From positions 1 through 64,000 of IMG/VR virus record IMGVR_UViG_3300026549_000069: a stretch of 64,000 nucleotides of DNA. One strand, given 5' to 3'. The notes beneath the pieces were generated by a model that worked only from the letters and a program-made list of their open reading frames with translations, was not told the origin of the DNA and made no database searches. Below, piece by piece: positions 29,540 to 39,636 of this stretch. Made by a program: the position numbers and the translations under genes. Origin of the DNA: a virus (Duplodnaviria; Caudoviricetes). Every line of letters starts with the position of its first letter. Position 1 is the first letter of the stretch.

Positions 29540-29941
29540 TCATGCTGGTCTTTCTTTAATTTCCAACTTAACTTTATTCTTAAACCCGCGCGGAACAAGC
29601 ATTGAAATGGAGATAGAATTGTCAATTTCAATCTTTCTTGACAAGCCTAGTCTTTCGACAATCTCATCCCATCGAGATTTCCACATAGCATCTGTTGTTA
29701 TGCTGTTTAAAATTCGCACTATGGCCAATCCAACACCAGCTGCTGTGAACTTGTAGCCATTAAAAGCCGTTTCAATTGCAATCTGCTCGTTTGTATACCC
29801 ATTAGCTTTGCGCAATGAATACCAAAACAGCCCCCGTATTTGCGGCACTGGAACAGTCCTTTTTGTTGACAAAACAACAGCCTTGTCAGCACCACAGACC
29901 TCGCAAACCACATCTAATATCTTTTCTGTACTTTCACGCAT
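29540..29941 (-). CDS. DnaA C-terminal-domain-like HTH protein
   Basis: EKILDVVCEVCGADKAVVLSTKRTVPVPQIRGLFWYSLRK..GYTNEQIA resembles DnaA domain IV. Confidence 0.6.
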   Translation of the reverse strand: MRESTEKILDVVCEVCGADKAVVLSTKRTVPVPQIRGLFWYSLRKANGYTNEQIAIETAFNGYKFTAAGVGLAIVRILNSITTDAMWKSRWDEIVERLGLSRKIEIDNSISISMLVPRGFKNKVKLEIKERPA

Positions 29942-30328
29942 TGTTTATTTCTTTAAGTCTATTTACAATCTTTTGTTCACTTTCTGGCAATCTATCAACA
30001 TAGATGTCAATCCTTTTATTGTTTGTCGCAGACCACATACAAACTATAGAATACTTGAATTTAAAAAAAACAAATTCACCACGATATGATGTTTTTCCGT
30101 TGTTGACCTGTCTTTTCAGATACACATCAAACACAGGTGTTGGTGTTCTTGAATAGTATGCGCCCTTTTCAAAATCATATTCAAGTATCTTTTTCCGCTT
30201 AATCCAAAGCCATGATTTGCCTTTGTCTTTAAAAAGCAAACCAACAACAGGCGAAATGTCAACGCCATCTATAGACAGTTCGCCGACATATTCGCCTTTT
30301 GACAATTCGATATAGCCTACACCGTTAT

Positions 30329-31441
30329 TCATTCAACCAACATTGGCATCACCAAAGCTAAAACATTATCATCATTTGGATATATCAAGGCAGCACGATT
30401 CGATTTACTCATCATAATACGAATATCCTCTGATTGGAAATTTGACAAGATTGTTTGCAATGACGATGCGTTAAAGCCGATTGTAAAATCGTCACCACTA
30501 TAAGCGCAATCCACATTTTCTGTTGATGACATATTGTAATCCAAATCTTGCGTTGTCATTTCAACCATTGTCGGTGTAAAATGCAACCGAACGACTGGCG
30601 AAGTAGTAGGGGCGAACAAGATAATTCGTGCCAACGAATCAAGGAAATCCTTGCGATTGATTGTGGCTGTTTTGTCGTTGTTTGTCGGAATCACCTTTTC
30701 GTATGCCGGGAAACGACCATTGATTTGCCTAAATACGATTTCAAAACGCTCGTCAAGTTTAATCTTAACAATACTGCCATCATTGTAAATCGCAATATCA
30801 TCATCACTATTGACCTGCTCAATGAATGAACGGATAATTGTCGCAGCTTTAGCTGGAACAATAATAGGTTGCATCGCAGAACAGTCACCGATATTTACTT
30901 TTTCGCAAATCATCATTCTTGTGTCTGTTGCGACACCGGTGTAACCATTTGCATTGAAATCAAAATACACACCAGTTAATGTAGGGTGCAAGGCATCATT
31001 GCTAACCGCATAAGAAACGCTAGCGAGCGTGTTGCTGATATGTCCGACCTTTGTCATCAACATTGTGTGGTCAGGCTTAACTTCAGTAACAGGAAATTCA
31101 TCGCCATTTAAATAAGACAAATTAAACTTACCTTTCTTATGCTTGCCATTCAATGTGGCATTACCGTCAAGTTCGATGGCCAATTCTCCATTAATGCCAG
31201 AAACAATTTGCGAAAATTTCTTGGCATTCACGCAGAACTTAAACTCGCCATCGCTGGAAACAATGGGCAATGATACATTCACAAGCACTTCGTTGTCAAA
31301 TGCTGTCAATGTCATTTTTGAACCACCTGAAACGGTTATCAAGAAATTATCAAGAATCGAAATTAGATTCTTCGATGAAACGACACGTTCAGCCTTTCGC
31401 AATGTGGCGGCAATTTCATTTGGATTAATTGTTAATTTCAT
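30329..31441 (-). CDS. dnaN: DNA polymerase III beta sliding clamp
   Basis: 370 aa; NLISILDNFLI, LTGVYF, VATDTRMM, GRFPAYEKVIP, IGFNAS.L and ALVMPM motifs. Confidence 0.92.
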   Translation of the reverse strand: MKLTINPNEIAATLRKAERVVSSKNLISILDNFLITVSGGSKMTLTAFDNEVLVNVSLPIVSSDGEFKFCVNAKKFSQIVSGINGELAIELDGNATLNGKHKKGKFNLSYLNGDEFPVTEVKPDHTMLMTKVGHISNTLASVSYAVSNDALHPTLTGVYFDFNANGYTGVATDTRMMICEKVNIGDCSAMQPIIVPAKAATIIRSFIEQVNSDDDIAIYNDGSIVKIKLDERFEIVFRQINGRFPAYEKVIPTNNDKTATINRKDFLDSLARIILFAPTTSPVVRLHFTPTMVEMTTQDLDYNMSSTENVDCAYSGDDFTIGFNASSLQTILSNFQSEDIRIMMSKSNRAALIYPNDDNVLALVMPMLVE

Positions 31442-31471
31442 AGTTCTTTTTGTTTAGAAAATTATTTATTG

Positions 31472-31502
31472 CAAAGTTACTACATTATTTTTATATGGCA
31501 AA
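31472..31502 (-). promoter_or_regulatory. Bacteroidota-type promoter for dnaN
   Basis: TTTG, 19-nt spacer, TAACTTTG. Confidence 0.7.
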
Positions 31503-31512
31503 GAAATTTCAA

Positions 31513-33597
31513 TTAAAATGGCGCAGAATTTTGCTGCACAAATTCAAAATCATCATTGGCTACCTGCTGTTGTGATTGGGTTGGTTGCGGTTCTACGATT
31601 TGAACTTGCGTATATGTCGGCCTCCAAGAATAGACAACATTTTCATATTCGCTATTCTTGAACCGCCTGCTCTCTTGCTCATAGTACATACCAACCATCA
31701 AGTCTGCAACACCATACATACGATTCTTTTCTACGGCAATCACATTCCCAAATGATTCATATCTTGCTGCATTTTGCGTACCGAAAAACTCACGAATGGC
31801 ATGCAAAAAATCCTCGTTAACCCTATGTATGATGAATACGTTGTCTACTGCATTGGTTAGGTCGCTCGTTCCGCTAATGTCATTCTTGCGCAAGAAAGTC
31901 ATCACCTTTCTAGGATGGGCGACGAGAATAATATGCACTTGATTCTTTTTAGCAAATTCCTTGATTTGCAATATTAGTTCTTTCTGCTTATTGTTCTTGT
32001 CACCATCAAACAAGTCTATATCTAGCGAAAACAAGTTATCAAGAGCGAACACCTTGACACCTACTTTGAGCAATTCCTCCATATCGTTGAATATCTGCTC
32101 CCACTTTGTGCCGTATTCGTTATTGTAAATGAAAAACTTACCGTCAAGCCATTGGTCTATTTGTTCGCCTATGTGGTTCGGAACATAATATTTGCCCTCG
32201 TTGATTTTTGACGGAGTTAAGTTTTCTTTCCCAGCAGCGACCATTTGAATCCATGTCTTTAGTATGTCAGACCTTAATTCTCCTGACCACAATGCAATCT
32301 TTTTCCCTTGCTGAACTATATTTAACAACAATGTATTCAACCAAGAAGATTTGCCGCTGGCATTACTTCCAGAAAGCATCGTAACCTCCGACATGTGCAA
32401 TCCGACAATCTTTTGGTCAAGTTCGAAAAATCCAGTCTTTACACTTTCGATTTGCGACAGGTCAACTTTCTTAATATCGGACATACAAAGCCACTTGTTG
32501 CCTAGTTCTGGCAATTCATCCTTTATTTGGTATTTTTGCTTTTGTGGCGCATATCTTTGATATGGTTGTTGCGGTTGATATTGCGGCTTACTATAGGCAT
32601 CTGGCTCGTAGTGTAAACGAAAATCATGCCATGTTTTTCCTTTGCAATGACTATGTGTGCAATTGAACGTAATTTTCCCTTGTGGGTCAACAAACAACGC
32701 ACTATCCCATTTCTTTCGGTCGCTATGTGAATCTATCCACGGGCAAGATTCAAGTTCATACAATGTAGATGTACCACTTTTCTTTTCACGATATACAATA
32801 CCATGCTCATTCAACCAAGTAGGCAAATCAAATCTTTGACCACCATAGTAATTCCTGTTCGGCAAAACCTTTGGCTCTTCTTTTGGCGCAAGGTCGGCAA
32901 GTGCCTTAATTTTTTCAAGTGGGGTTGGGGTTATTTCTTTTGGTATGTAAACAATCTTTGATTGTCGCCATGGATTAGAAGGGAGATTCGCACCTTTTTT
33001 TGCGTATGTTGAATACAATTTTGTAAGTCTTGCTCTTGTATATACGGATGTGTCGAAATCTACCTTATCATCGGAAAAAACACCATTCAAGTAAGAATAG
33101 AAATCTTTTATAATTTTATCGCTTTCTTCGTTACATTGAATATCTACACACACAAGTATATGCCAACCATTCCCAGATATAGCGACAACCATATCAGAAA
33201 AACCTTTTTCTTTAAGGAAACGAAAAACATCTTGCGCTTTCTTGTGAGCCAATTCAAATTGTTCATCGGTGCTATTTGTTTGTGAAACACGAACAGGGTC
33301 AAAATCCAATAAAAGGAATTTTCGACTAATTATATTACTGTCATTTGTTGTTGCTTTCGGAGATTTTAAGAACTTTTCGCATTGAGGACGAGCGTAACAA
33401 TCAGATGATATTTCGTTCATGACGAAATATATTTGTTCATCGTCCATATTGGTATATGGTTCAAGTTGCGCACAAAGATTTTCGAAAGATTTAAAATACC
33501 CACTATATTGAAATCTGCCCAATATGCGAACTTCTGTAAAACCATTATCGCCAACAAACAAATCCCATGTTTTTTTTAGTTCTATCTTGTCAATCAT
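31513..33597 (-). CDS. Primase-helicase (N-terminal primase-like region + SF4 DnaB/Twinkle-like helicase)
   Basis: FLLLDFD and SGNGWH primase-like motifs; Walker A SGSNASGKSS, FALDNL, ILVAHPRK, DISGTSDLTNAVD. ATG at 33597 overlaps the upstream stop (ATGA). Confidence 0.85.
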   Translation of the reverse strand: MIDKIELKKTWDLFVGDNGFTEVRILGRFQYSGYFKSFENLCAQLEPYTNMDDEQIYFVMNEISSDCYARPQCEKFLKSPKATTNDSNIISRKFLLLDFDPVRVSQTNSTDEQFELAHKKAQDVFRFLKEKGFSDMVVAISGNGWHILVCVDIQCNEESDKIIKDFYSYLNGVFSDDKVDFDTSVYTRARLTKLYSTYAKKGANLPSNPWRQSKIVYIPKEITPTPLEKIKALADLAPKEEPKVLPNRNYYGGQRFDLPTWLNEHGIVYREKKSGTSTLYELESCPWIDSHSDRKKWDSALFVDPQGKITFNCTHSHCKGKTWHDFRLHYEPDAYSKPQYQPQQPYQRYAPQKQKYQIKDELPELGNKWLCMSDIKKVDLSQIESVKTGFFELDQKIVGLHMSEVTMLSGSNASGKSSWLNTLLLNIVQQGKKIALWSGELRSDILKTWIQMVAAGKENLTPSKINEGKYYVPNHIGEQIDQWLDGKFFIYNNEYGTKWEQIFNDMEELLKVGVKVFALDNLFSLDIDLFDGDKNNKQKELILQIKEFAKKNQVHIILVAHPRKVMTFLRKNDISGTSDLTNAVDNVFIIHRVNEDFLHAIREFFGTQNAARYESFGNVIAVEKNRMYGVADLMVGMYYEQESRRFKNSEYENVVYSWRPTYTQVQIVEPQPTQSQQQVANDDFEFVQQNSAPF

Positions 33598-33814
33598 TGT
33601 TTTTGTATTTCCAAATAAATCCAACATAACTTTTTTTGCTCCCACTATTTAACAATTTATGCGCAACAAGAACCTCATTACCACAATCACATACACATTT
33701 ATAAACCCTATGATAAGTATTTCTTGAAGATTGGGAACTTTTTTCAAGGATTTGTTCTACAACTACAAGTTTACCAAACCTGTCACCAACATTAATGTTT
33801 TTTCTTTTAGCCAT
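33590..33814 (-). pseudogene. Remnant of an AP2/HNH-type homing endonuclease
   Basis: GDRFGKLVV...YKCVCDCGNE N-terminal motif joined to a NUMOD-like GFIWKY end; no nuclease core; 74 aa. Confidence 0.5.
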
Positions 33815-33917
33815 ATTTTACCTATCTTTTAATTTAATGCCTATCAAATAAAAAAGTGGAAGAGGCGATAGGCTTACCTCTTGTCAGTGGGGGTACTAAT
33901 TCCACCTATCCACTTTG

Positions 33918-33949
33918 CAAAGTTAGAAAAATATATTTATATAGACAAT
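33918..33949 (-). promoter_or_regulatory. Bacteroidota-type promoter for the primase-helicase operon
   Basis: TAACTTTG at 33925-33918; partial -33 element (ATTG) at 20-nt spacing. Confidence 0.6.
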
Positions 33950-33993
33950 AGAAATTTCACCACTTTTTATGGTTTCAATATCAATCATACAAA

Positions 33994-36261
33994 CTATTCC
34001 TCCTCATATTTTTTAAGTTTTTCTTTTAGTTCATGAATACGCTTATTCAATGTAGCGATGCGTGGCAATCTCTTTGTCTTTTCTTTTAGCATTTCATTTT
34101 CTTTTTTCAGCCGCTCACATATATTGAACAATTTGCGGTTTTCATCCAATAAACGTGAATAATCCTCAACTTTTCGTTTAACCTCAACATATTCGATTTT
34201 AGATAATAGGTCGGGTTCATCAACTTTTATTAAATATTCATCTCCACGCAGATAATCAACAATTTCAGCCATTTGGTCAAAGGTTATGTAATCATCTATA
34301 TGAACCCCTTCTATTGGTGTACCGTGCCAATCTGGTTTCCACATACAAATGCTTTTTAATATAACATCCTCAATATAATCCTTTTGCTCTTCTGTTTTCG
34401 CTTTTAGTTTCGCCATAGTTAGACCTCCTCTCTTTTCTCTTTAATCCATTTAAACAAGAATGCGATATCTCCATCCAAATCGCTATCTTCTGTCTTCGCT
34501 TCTAACATATACCTTTTATTTAACCTCCGTTATTTTCTTTTTATTGTTTTGAAATATACCTCAAAATTATCATCCCAATTATTTGCCTCTGCTAATACCG
34601 AACAAATAGGTGTTCCAATAGACCAACAGTAGGCGCTATGCGTTTCGTATAACGAGCATTTAGGGCAAATCTGCTTGTGCTTACCACCGCCTGAATAGTT
34701 TTTGCACTTGCATAGATGATGATTTACTCCGTCTATTCGCAAACAAACTCTTGTATTTTTCGCCATAATCAATTATCATTTGTAAATTCATTAGTAGTCT
34801 TCGTTGTCAATATCCATATATCCAAAGAATCGGAACTTGTCGCAGTTGTACTTTTGGTGAAACACAACAGTTGAGGATTGAGTAAGATACCAATACCACT
34901 TAATTCTTTTCTTTGGAACTTTAGCAAGATATATGTTAAAGCAAAAGCATTTCCTCCCAAGCCCGATAACAAACTTGTTCATCCAGTTATATGTGAATCC
35001 AAATAGCCTAGTCATATTAAAAAGTTATTTCATAATGTTTCCTGTCCTTTGTCACAATGCGGATTGACTTTGTTTTACTACCCTCTTTGTATTCGATAGC
35101 AAGCGCAATTTGAATGCCGTAACGCATTTCAATAACCGCCAACACACTTTCGTCTGTTATAACGTTTTCTGACCAACCATAGCCTTCTTTATTAAACTCG
35201 TAGCCAGCATCTACTTGTTTTAGTTTTTCCATACTCTTGTTATTTATTCGTTCAACAAATCTTTCAGTTCTTTCTTTAATTGACAAAGCCTTTGCTTTAA
35301 ACCGCTAACAATACAGTTTCTTGTTTCTTTGTCAAGAAGCAATTTCTCTGTTTCTTTTATAGTTCCGTCACTCCACATTGGTAGTTGTTCGGAAACAATA
35401 GGTTCTTTACCATAAAGACGTGTTGTCTTTACACCGCTTTCTCGTACAGTAATACATAGTGTAGCATCTTTGTCATCCTCGTTTTCTAATGGGTGTTCCA
35501 ATGCGTCAATAAAGTCACTGATGTCGCCGACAAGTCTTGCCTTGTCCTCGAAGTTTTCTTTAATTGTTCTCATAGCCTTGTTGTTTATTTAATCCCCTTG
35601 AATATCCAATCATTTGTTGTCGTTCCGTCGGAGTATATAACCTTAAACGTATCTTCTGTATCAACGTCTATTTTCTTTTGCCCATCATTGTTTATAAAGC
35701 AGCAACTAAAAGCGGGTGCGTTCTTGCCTTTTGCAAAAGCGCAAAGACGCTTTACGCTTACCTCAACACCGTTTTGTGAATAGTAATAAGTTAGAGGTAT
35801 CACGCTGTCCCATGAACCACCCTCGCTATGGCTGTTCAGCACACCGTAAGGCAAATCACAAATGACACAATCAATCGAATTATCTGGAATGTCTTGCATC
35901 AATTCAAGGCAATCGCCCAAATAGATATTATTTGTTTCCATAATCATTTCTTGCTTTTAAACAACAACGCACTTACTTTGCTGTATATGCCAACATGGCG
36001 CAATTTCTTGATATTGTCAAATGTGCCATCATCATTGCATTGACGATAAGACTTGCCAAGCAATCTGGGAATTTCGTGCCTACCAATTCTTTCATCATCA
36101 ACCATGCGACTTAACAATTCAACCTCACTTTCAGTAGCCTCGCATTCACCACACATATTGGAATCAATCGTTTCTTGAACCCATTTGCCAAGACCGAATT
36201 TGTCGGCGATACGTTTAACTTGCGCAAGGTAGGTGCGACAAAGTTCTTGTAATCTTTCCAT
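33994..36261 (-). CDS. Cluster of small hypothetical ORFs (33994..34416, 34530..34772, 34791..35015, 35017..35286, 35244..35573, 35944..36261)
   Basis: Abutting or overlapping minus-strand ORFs in the track. Confidence 0.6.
35585..35947 (-). CDS. Chimeric ORF: N-terminal fragment of an N4/N6 DNA methyltransferase fused to unrelated sequence
   Basis: IYLGDCLELMQDIPDNSIDCVICDLPYG...WDSVIPL, then no further MTase motifs. Confidence 0.6.
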   Translation of the reverse strand: MIMETNNIYLGDCLELMQDIPDNSIDCVICDLPYGVLNSHSEGGSWDSVIPLTYYYSQNGVEVSVKRLCAFAKGKNAPAFSCCFINNDGQKKIDVDTEDTFKVIYSDGTTTNDWIFKGIK

Positions 36262-36266
36262 AACAT

Positions 36267-36818
36267 TTAGAATAGAGTTAATTCTTGATTCTCGTTTTCT
36301 GTTTCAATGAACATTTTGCGGAATATGTGGTAAAGCACATCGACAACAATGCTATTGCCAGCTAATTTGTATTGTGCGCTATTGCTTATTCCTGTTGCTT
36401 GTATGGTGTCAATGTCTTTGTCATCAACACCCATAAGGCGAAAACATTCGCGCGGAGTTAGTCTTCTAATCTTAAATTTTTTACCTTCCAATTCTTTTGG
36501 TAATTTTCCTTTCATATCAACATTGTTATATGGTTTTTCGTATATTCCAATCACATAAGGTTCTCTATCACTATAATAGTTGCAACACAGTGTCGGTGCA
36601 ATATCTAAAATACGCTTGTTGGGATTCTTGTATGGCCCCGTATTCGCAATTATTGCTTTGTATACTGTTTGACATTCTATTATTGTCGGGACAAGGTTCC
36701 CGCCAGCACTATAATCAGTAATACATGGGGAAATGCCTTGTTTGTCATAGACTACGCCTTTACTGGGTCGCATTCTGTTTGGCTTTATGTAATATCCCAA
36801 AATTTTAATCTTTCCCAT
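36267..36818 (-). CDS. C5-cytosine methyltransferase C-terminal part (TRD modules + motifs IX/X)
   Basis: IRRLTPRECFRLMGV and QYKLAGNSIVVDVL. Confidence 0.85.
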   Translation of the reverse strand: MGKIKILGYYIKPNRMRPSKGVVYDKQGISPCITDYSAGGNLVPTIIECQTVYKAIIANTGPYKNPNKRILDIAPTLCCNYYSDREPYVIGIYEKPYNNVDMKGKLPKELEGKKFKIRRLTPRECFRLMGVDDKDIDTIQATGISNSAQYKLAGNSIVVDVLYHIFRKMFIETENENQELTLF

Positions 36819-37565
36819 ATTGGATTATATTTATTTTCCCATCGGCTATTATTGTAGGAGCTATGTTTTTTGGGTCGTATATCGATTCCCCATTTGCACC
36901 TCGCTTATCCTTTGCTTGCGCCTGAAAAGCACGAATATCACCGTTAGGCATCATCTTATACTCAATCGTTCGTTTTGATTCGAAAATCGGTTCTACAATC
37001 ACAACAAAATTTGGAATAGACCTGATTGTTGGGAATGTATTGTTGCTATGCGTTTCAAGTGTAAATTCATAGTTGTAGGTACTTCCACATCGAATTGACG
37101 CAGAAAACAACTTTGTGACATCCACATTGTTAGCGATTTTCAATCTTGGTTTCTTCATATACTTCAATGATTAGAAAATCTTTTAATTGAATTGGCAATA
37201 TCGTTCCAGATTTCCCTACTTAATCCGTATGTTTCTTATCTTCATATATTTCTAAAATTCCCATTTCACGAAATCCTTGACGTGGATGTGTAATATTTCC
37301 TGCGTAATGGTGCGCACCGGTTATCGTACATGCTATCCCATTCGGCGCATTAAGCGCATATCTACCATCGCCCAACGGGTAAAATTTAGCAATTGGTGTT
37401 TGGCTGGTGATTGTCCTCTTTTTCATATTCATATATTTCTATGATTTTCCATCCGTTCCGCGATGCGAGATTGCCGAATTGTGGGGTTATTGTGCCAATT
37501 ATTTGTTGATTTTGTGGGAAACGACTGTTAAAATCATCATAAATCAACACTGCTTTGCTCGTCAT
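36805..37565 (-). CDS. Chain of short target-recognition-domain-like ORFs (37565-37386, 37432-37220, degenerate 37245-37130, 37158-36805)
   Basis: Lie between the MTase N- and C-terminal halves; contain GTIT/CTIT/PTII motifs and end in IExYE-like motifs. Confidence 0.6.
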
Positions 37566-38289
37566 TTCTTGTTGAGAAAAACTTTTCAACTCTAGATTCG
37601 CTTAAATAAAACTTTTTATCAACATTAGAATCAAGATAATCCCTTAAACGCTTTTTTAGTTCAAAGCGTTTCGGAAAATAATATCTTGGCGGATTGCTTT
37701 CATCATCAATACGAATAGACACAAGGAATATACGATTGCGATTTTGTGCAACACCATAATCTACAGCATTTAACAATTGCGGAAAATTCATATATCCCAA
37801 TCTTGCCAATTCGCTTTGCCAAAGGTTGAACATATCAATGAATTTCGATTGAACCATTGCCTCCACGTTTTCCAAACAAAGGTATTTCGGCTTTTTTGCA
37901 ATCACGGCATTGCGAACATACCAAATGATACTTGAACGTGTACCACTGCCCTCTGCGAAACCATGCTGTAAACCTGCCGCTGAAATCGACTGACATGGTG
38001 TGCTGTAAAACAACAAGTCGCAATCTGGAAAATTATCCCAATCAATCTTTGTTATATCGCCATAATTCTTATCAGCCCAATGCGGGAACAATGCTTTATG
38101 GGCAATCACCGCTGGCTGCTTGTCAATTGGTGATTTACTTTCTGGGTCAAACTCTGCCCAAGCGACAAGTTCGTAATCAAAATCAGGGAAATCACGTTTT
38201 AGCCTTTCCAATGCAAGACATTGGCTATCGTAGCCGCTGCATAACGTGGCTACCTTTAGTGGATTTTGCTTTGTGTATACCATAATCAA
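37537..38289 (-). CDS. C5-cytosine methyltransferase N-terminal catalytic part (motifs I-VIII)
   Basis: TLCSGYD (I), STPCQSIS (IV), LENVEAM (VI), YGVAQNRNRIF (VIII). Confidence 0.88.
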   Translation of the reverse strand: MIMVYTKQNPLKVATLCSGYDSQCLALERLKRDFPDFDYELVAWAEFDPESKSPIDKQPAVIAHKALFPHWADKNYGDITKIDWDNFPDCDLLFYSTPCQSISAAGLQHGFAEGSGTRSSIIWYVRNAVIAKKPKYLCLENVEAMVQSKFIDMFNLWQSELARLGYMNFPQLLNAVDYGVAQNRNRIFLVSIRIDDESNPPRYYFPKRFELKKRLRDYLDSNVDKKFYLSESRVEKFFSTRNDEQSSVDL

Positions 38290-39014
38290 AACAATGTTGG
38301 TGTAGTGTTAGGCTGTGTAATTCCTAATATAAAGTCACAGATAAAGTTCCTTGCATAGTCTGGAGAAATCATGCTACGTTCCTCGCTACATAATCCTGCA
38401 TGGTCAGCACTTTTAGACTCCCATACACGAAGTTCCTTTTTGGGCTTTTGAAACGAGCATCCAGATGTTGGTTCGCAATTAAAGAACCAATAACCAGTCG
38501 GCTTTGTGAAATAGTCGCCGCGCATTCTTCTATTTCTGTCAATCACTGATGGCTCTTTCAAAAAATTATTGTGTAGATAATGCAACGTGGAATATGGATT
38601 CTCAATGACAATTCGAAAATTTCGTAGCAAGCAAATCCCAACCATTTTGTATAGCAACTTGTAAAATTCATTCCTATTGTCAGACCGTTCCAGCATAGCA
38701 TCGAATTTTTGCTTTGTTGTCATTGCTTTATAATTTATATTTTCAAGTGTGAAATAGCAAGGATTCACTAACCCAGTAAAATAAATACAAGGGAAAAAAG
38801 CCATTATAAAATCATCGCTAGTCATTTTGTCAAAAATGCTTTCTTTACCATCATAGGCTTTGTTGATTTCGCCAAACAAGTCAATAACATGGTCGGTCTG
38901 CCCAAAATTATTTTGGATGTCGTAATCGAGAGCATCGTAGCCTAGCTTTTTAAATTCGTGCTTGAATGTGCCACTTTGCTCAAACAAACAATGTATTTTT
39001 CCTTTTATTTCCAT
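38286..39014 (-). CDS. Compact C5-methyltransferase-like protein
   Basis: HCLFEQSG (motif I-like), AFFPC (IV) and IENP (VI). Confidence 0.65.
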   Translation of the reverse strand: MEIKGKIHCLFEQSGTFKHEFKKLGYDALDYDIQNNFGQTDHVIDLFGEINKAYDGKESIFDKMTSDDFIMAFFPCIYFTGLVNPCYFTLENINYKAMTTKQKFDAMLERSDNRNEFYKLLYKMVGICLLRNFRIVIENPYSTLHYLHNNFLKEPSVIDRNRRMRGDYFTKPTGYWFFNCEPTSGCSFQKPKKELRVWESKSADHAGLCSEERSMISPDYARNFICDFILGITQPNTTPTLF

Positions 39015-39149
39015 ACTAATTTAATAAATGCCCCACACTTTCAATTGTGGTAGTGCGAGTACACACAATCTACTAATGTAGGGCAATTTAAGTTATCTTT
39101 AAAGTTTGCCTCGCACGCTAAACTTTGTTACCTAATCAAATCAACGCAA

Positions 39150-39180
39150 CAAAGATACAACAAACTTTTGAGATAACAAA
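39150..39180 (-). promoter_or_regulatory. Bacteroidota-type promoter for the methyltransferase cluster
   Basis: TTTG, 19-nt spacer, TATCTTTG. Confidence 0.75.
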
Positions 39181-39196
39181 ATATTTTAACATTATT

Positions 39197-39631
39197 TTAG
39201 AATGGCACGTTACTGTTCCCACCTTGCATTGGTGCTGGTGCTGGTTGGAATTGTTGCTGCATTGTTTGTTGGTTATATTGCTGCTGTGCTGGCTGGTAAT
39301 ATGGTGCTTGCGGCATAAATTGCTGCTGCTGGGGTTGTGGAACTTGTTGTTGTGGCACATCGGCACTTGCAGCAAAAGCAGTGGCATTAGTAAACCATTT
39401 GCCGTTCCATTCACGACTTTGTAAGTCGAAAGAAATGTTGTACACATTGCCGACCATCAATTTCATCTGTATCCACTTGTCATCGCCAAACACATCAAAG
39501 CAAATCTTTTTCGGATATTGCGCATCCAGTGTTTCGCCTACAAAAGCATGCTTGTTTGATGGTTTACCGTCACGCTTGCTGATATACTCCATCGACGGCA
39601 GTATATCCACGATTCTCAATTTGATTTCCAT
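39197..39631 (-). CDS. DUF3127-type SSB-like OB-fold protein
   Basis: QYPKKICFDVFG...SFDLQSREWNGKWFT, Q/P-rich tail ending VPF. Confidence 0.75.
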   Translation of the reverse strand: MEIKLRIVDILPSMEYISKRDGKPSNKHAFVGETLDAQYPKKICFDVFGDDKWIQMKLMVGNVYNISFDLQSREWNGKWFTNATAFAASADVPQQQVPQPQQQQFMPQAPYYQPAQQQYNQQTMQQQFQPAPAPMQGGNSNVPF

Positions 39632-39636
39632 AAATT

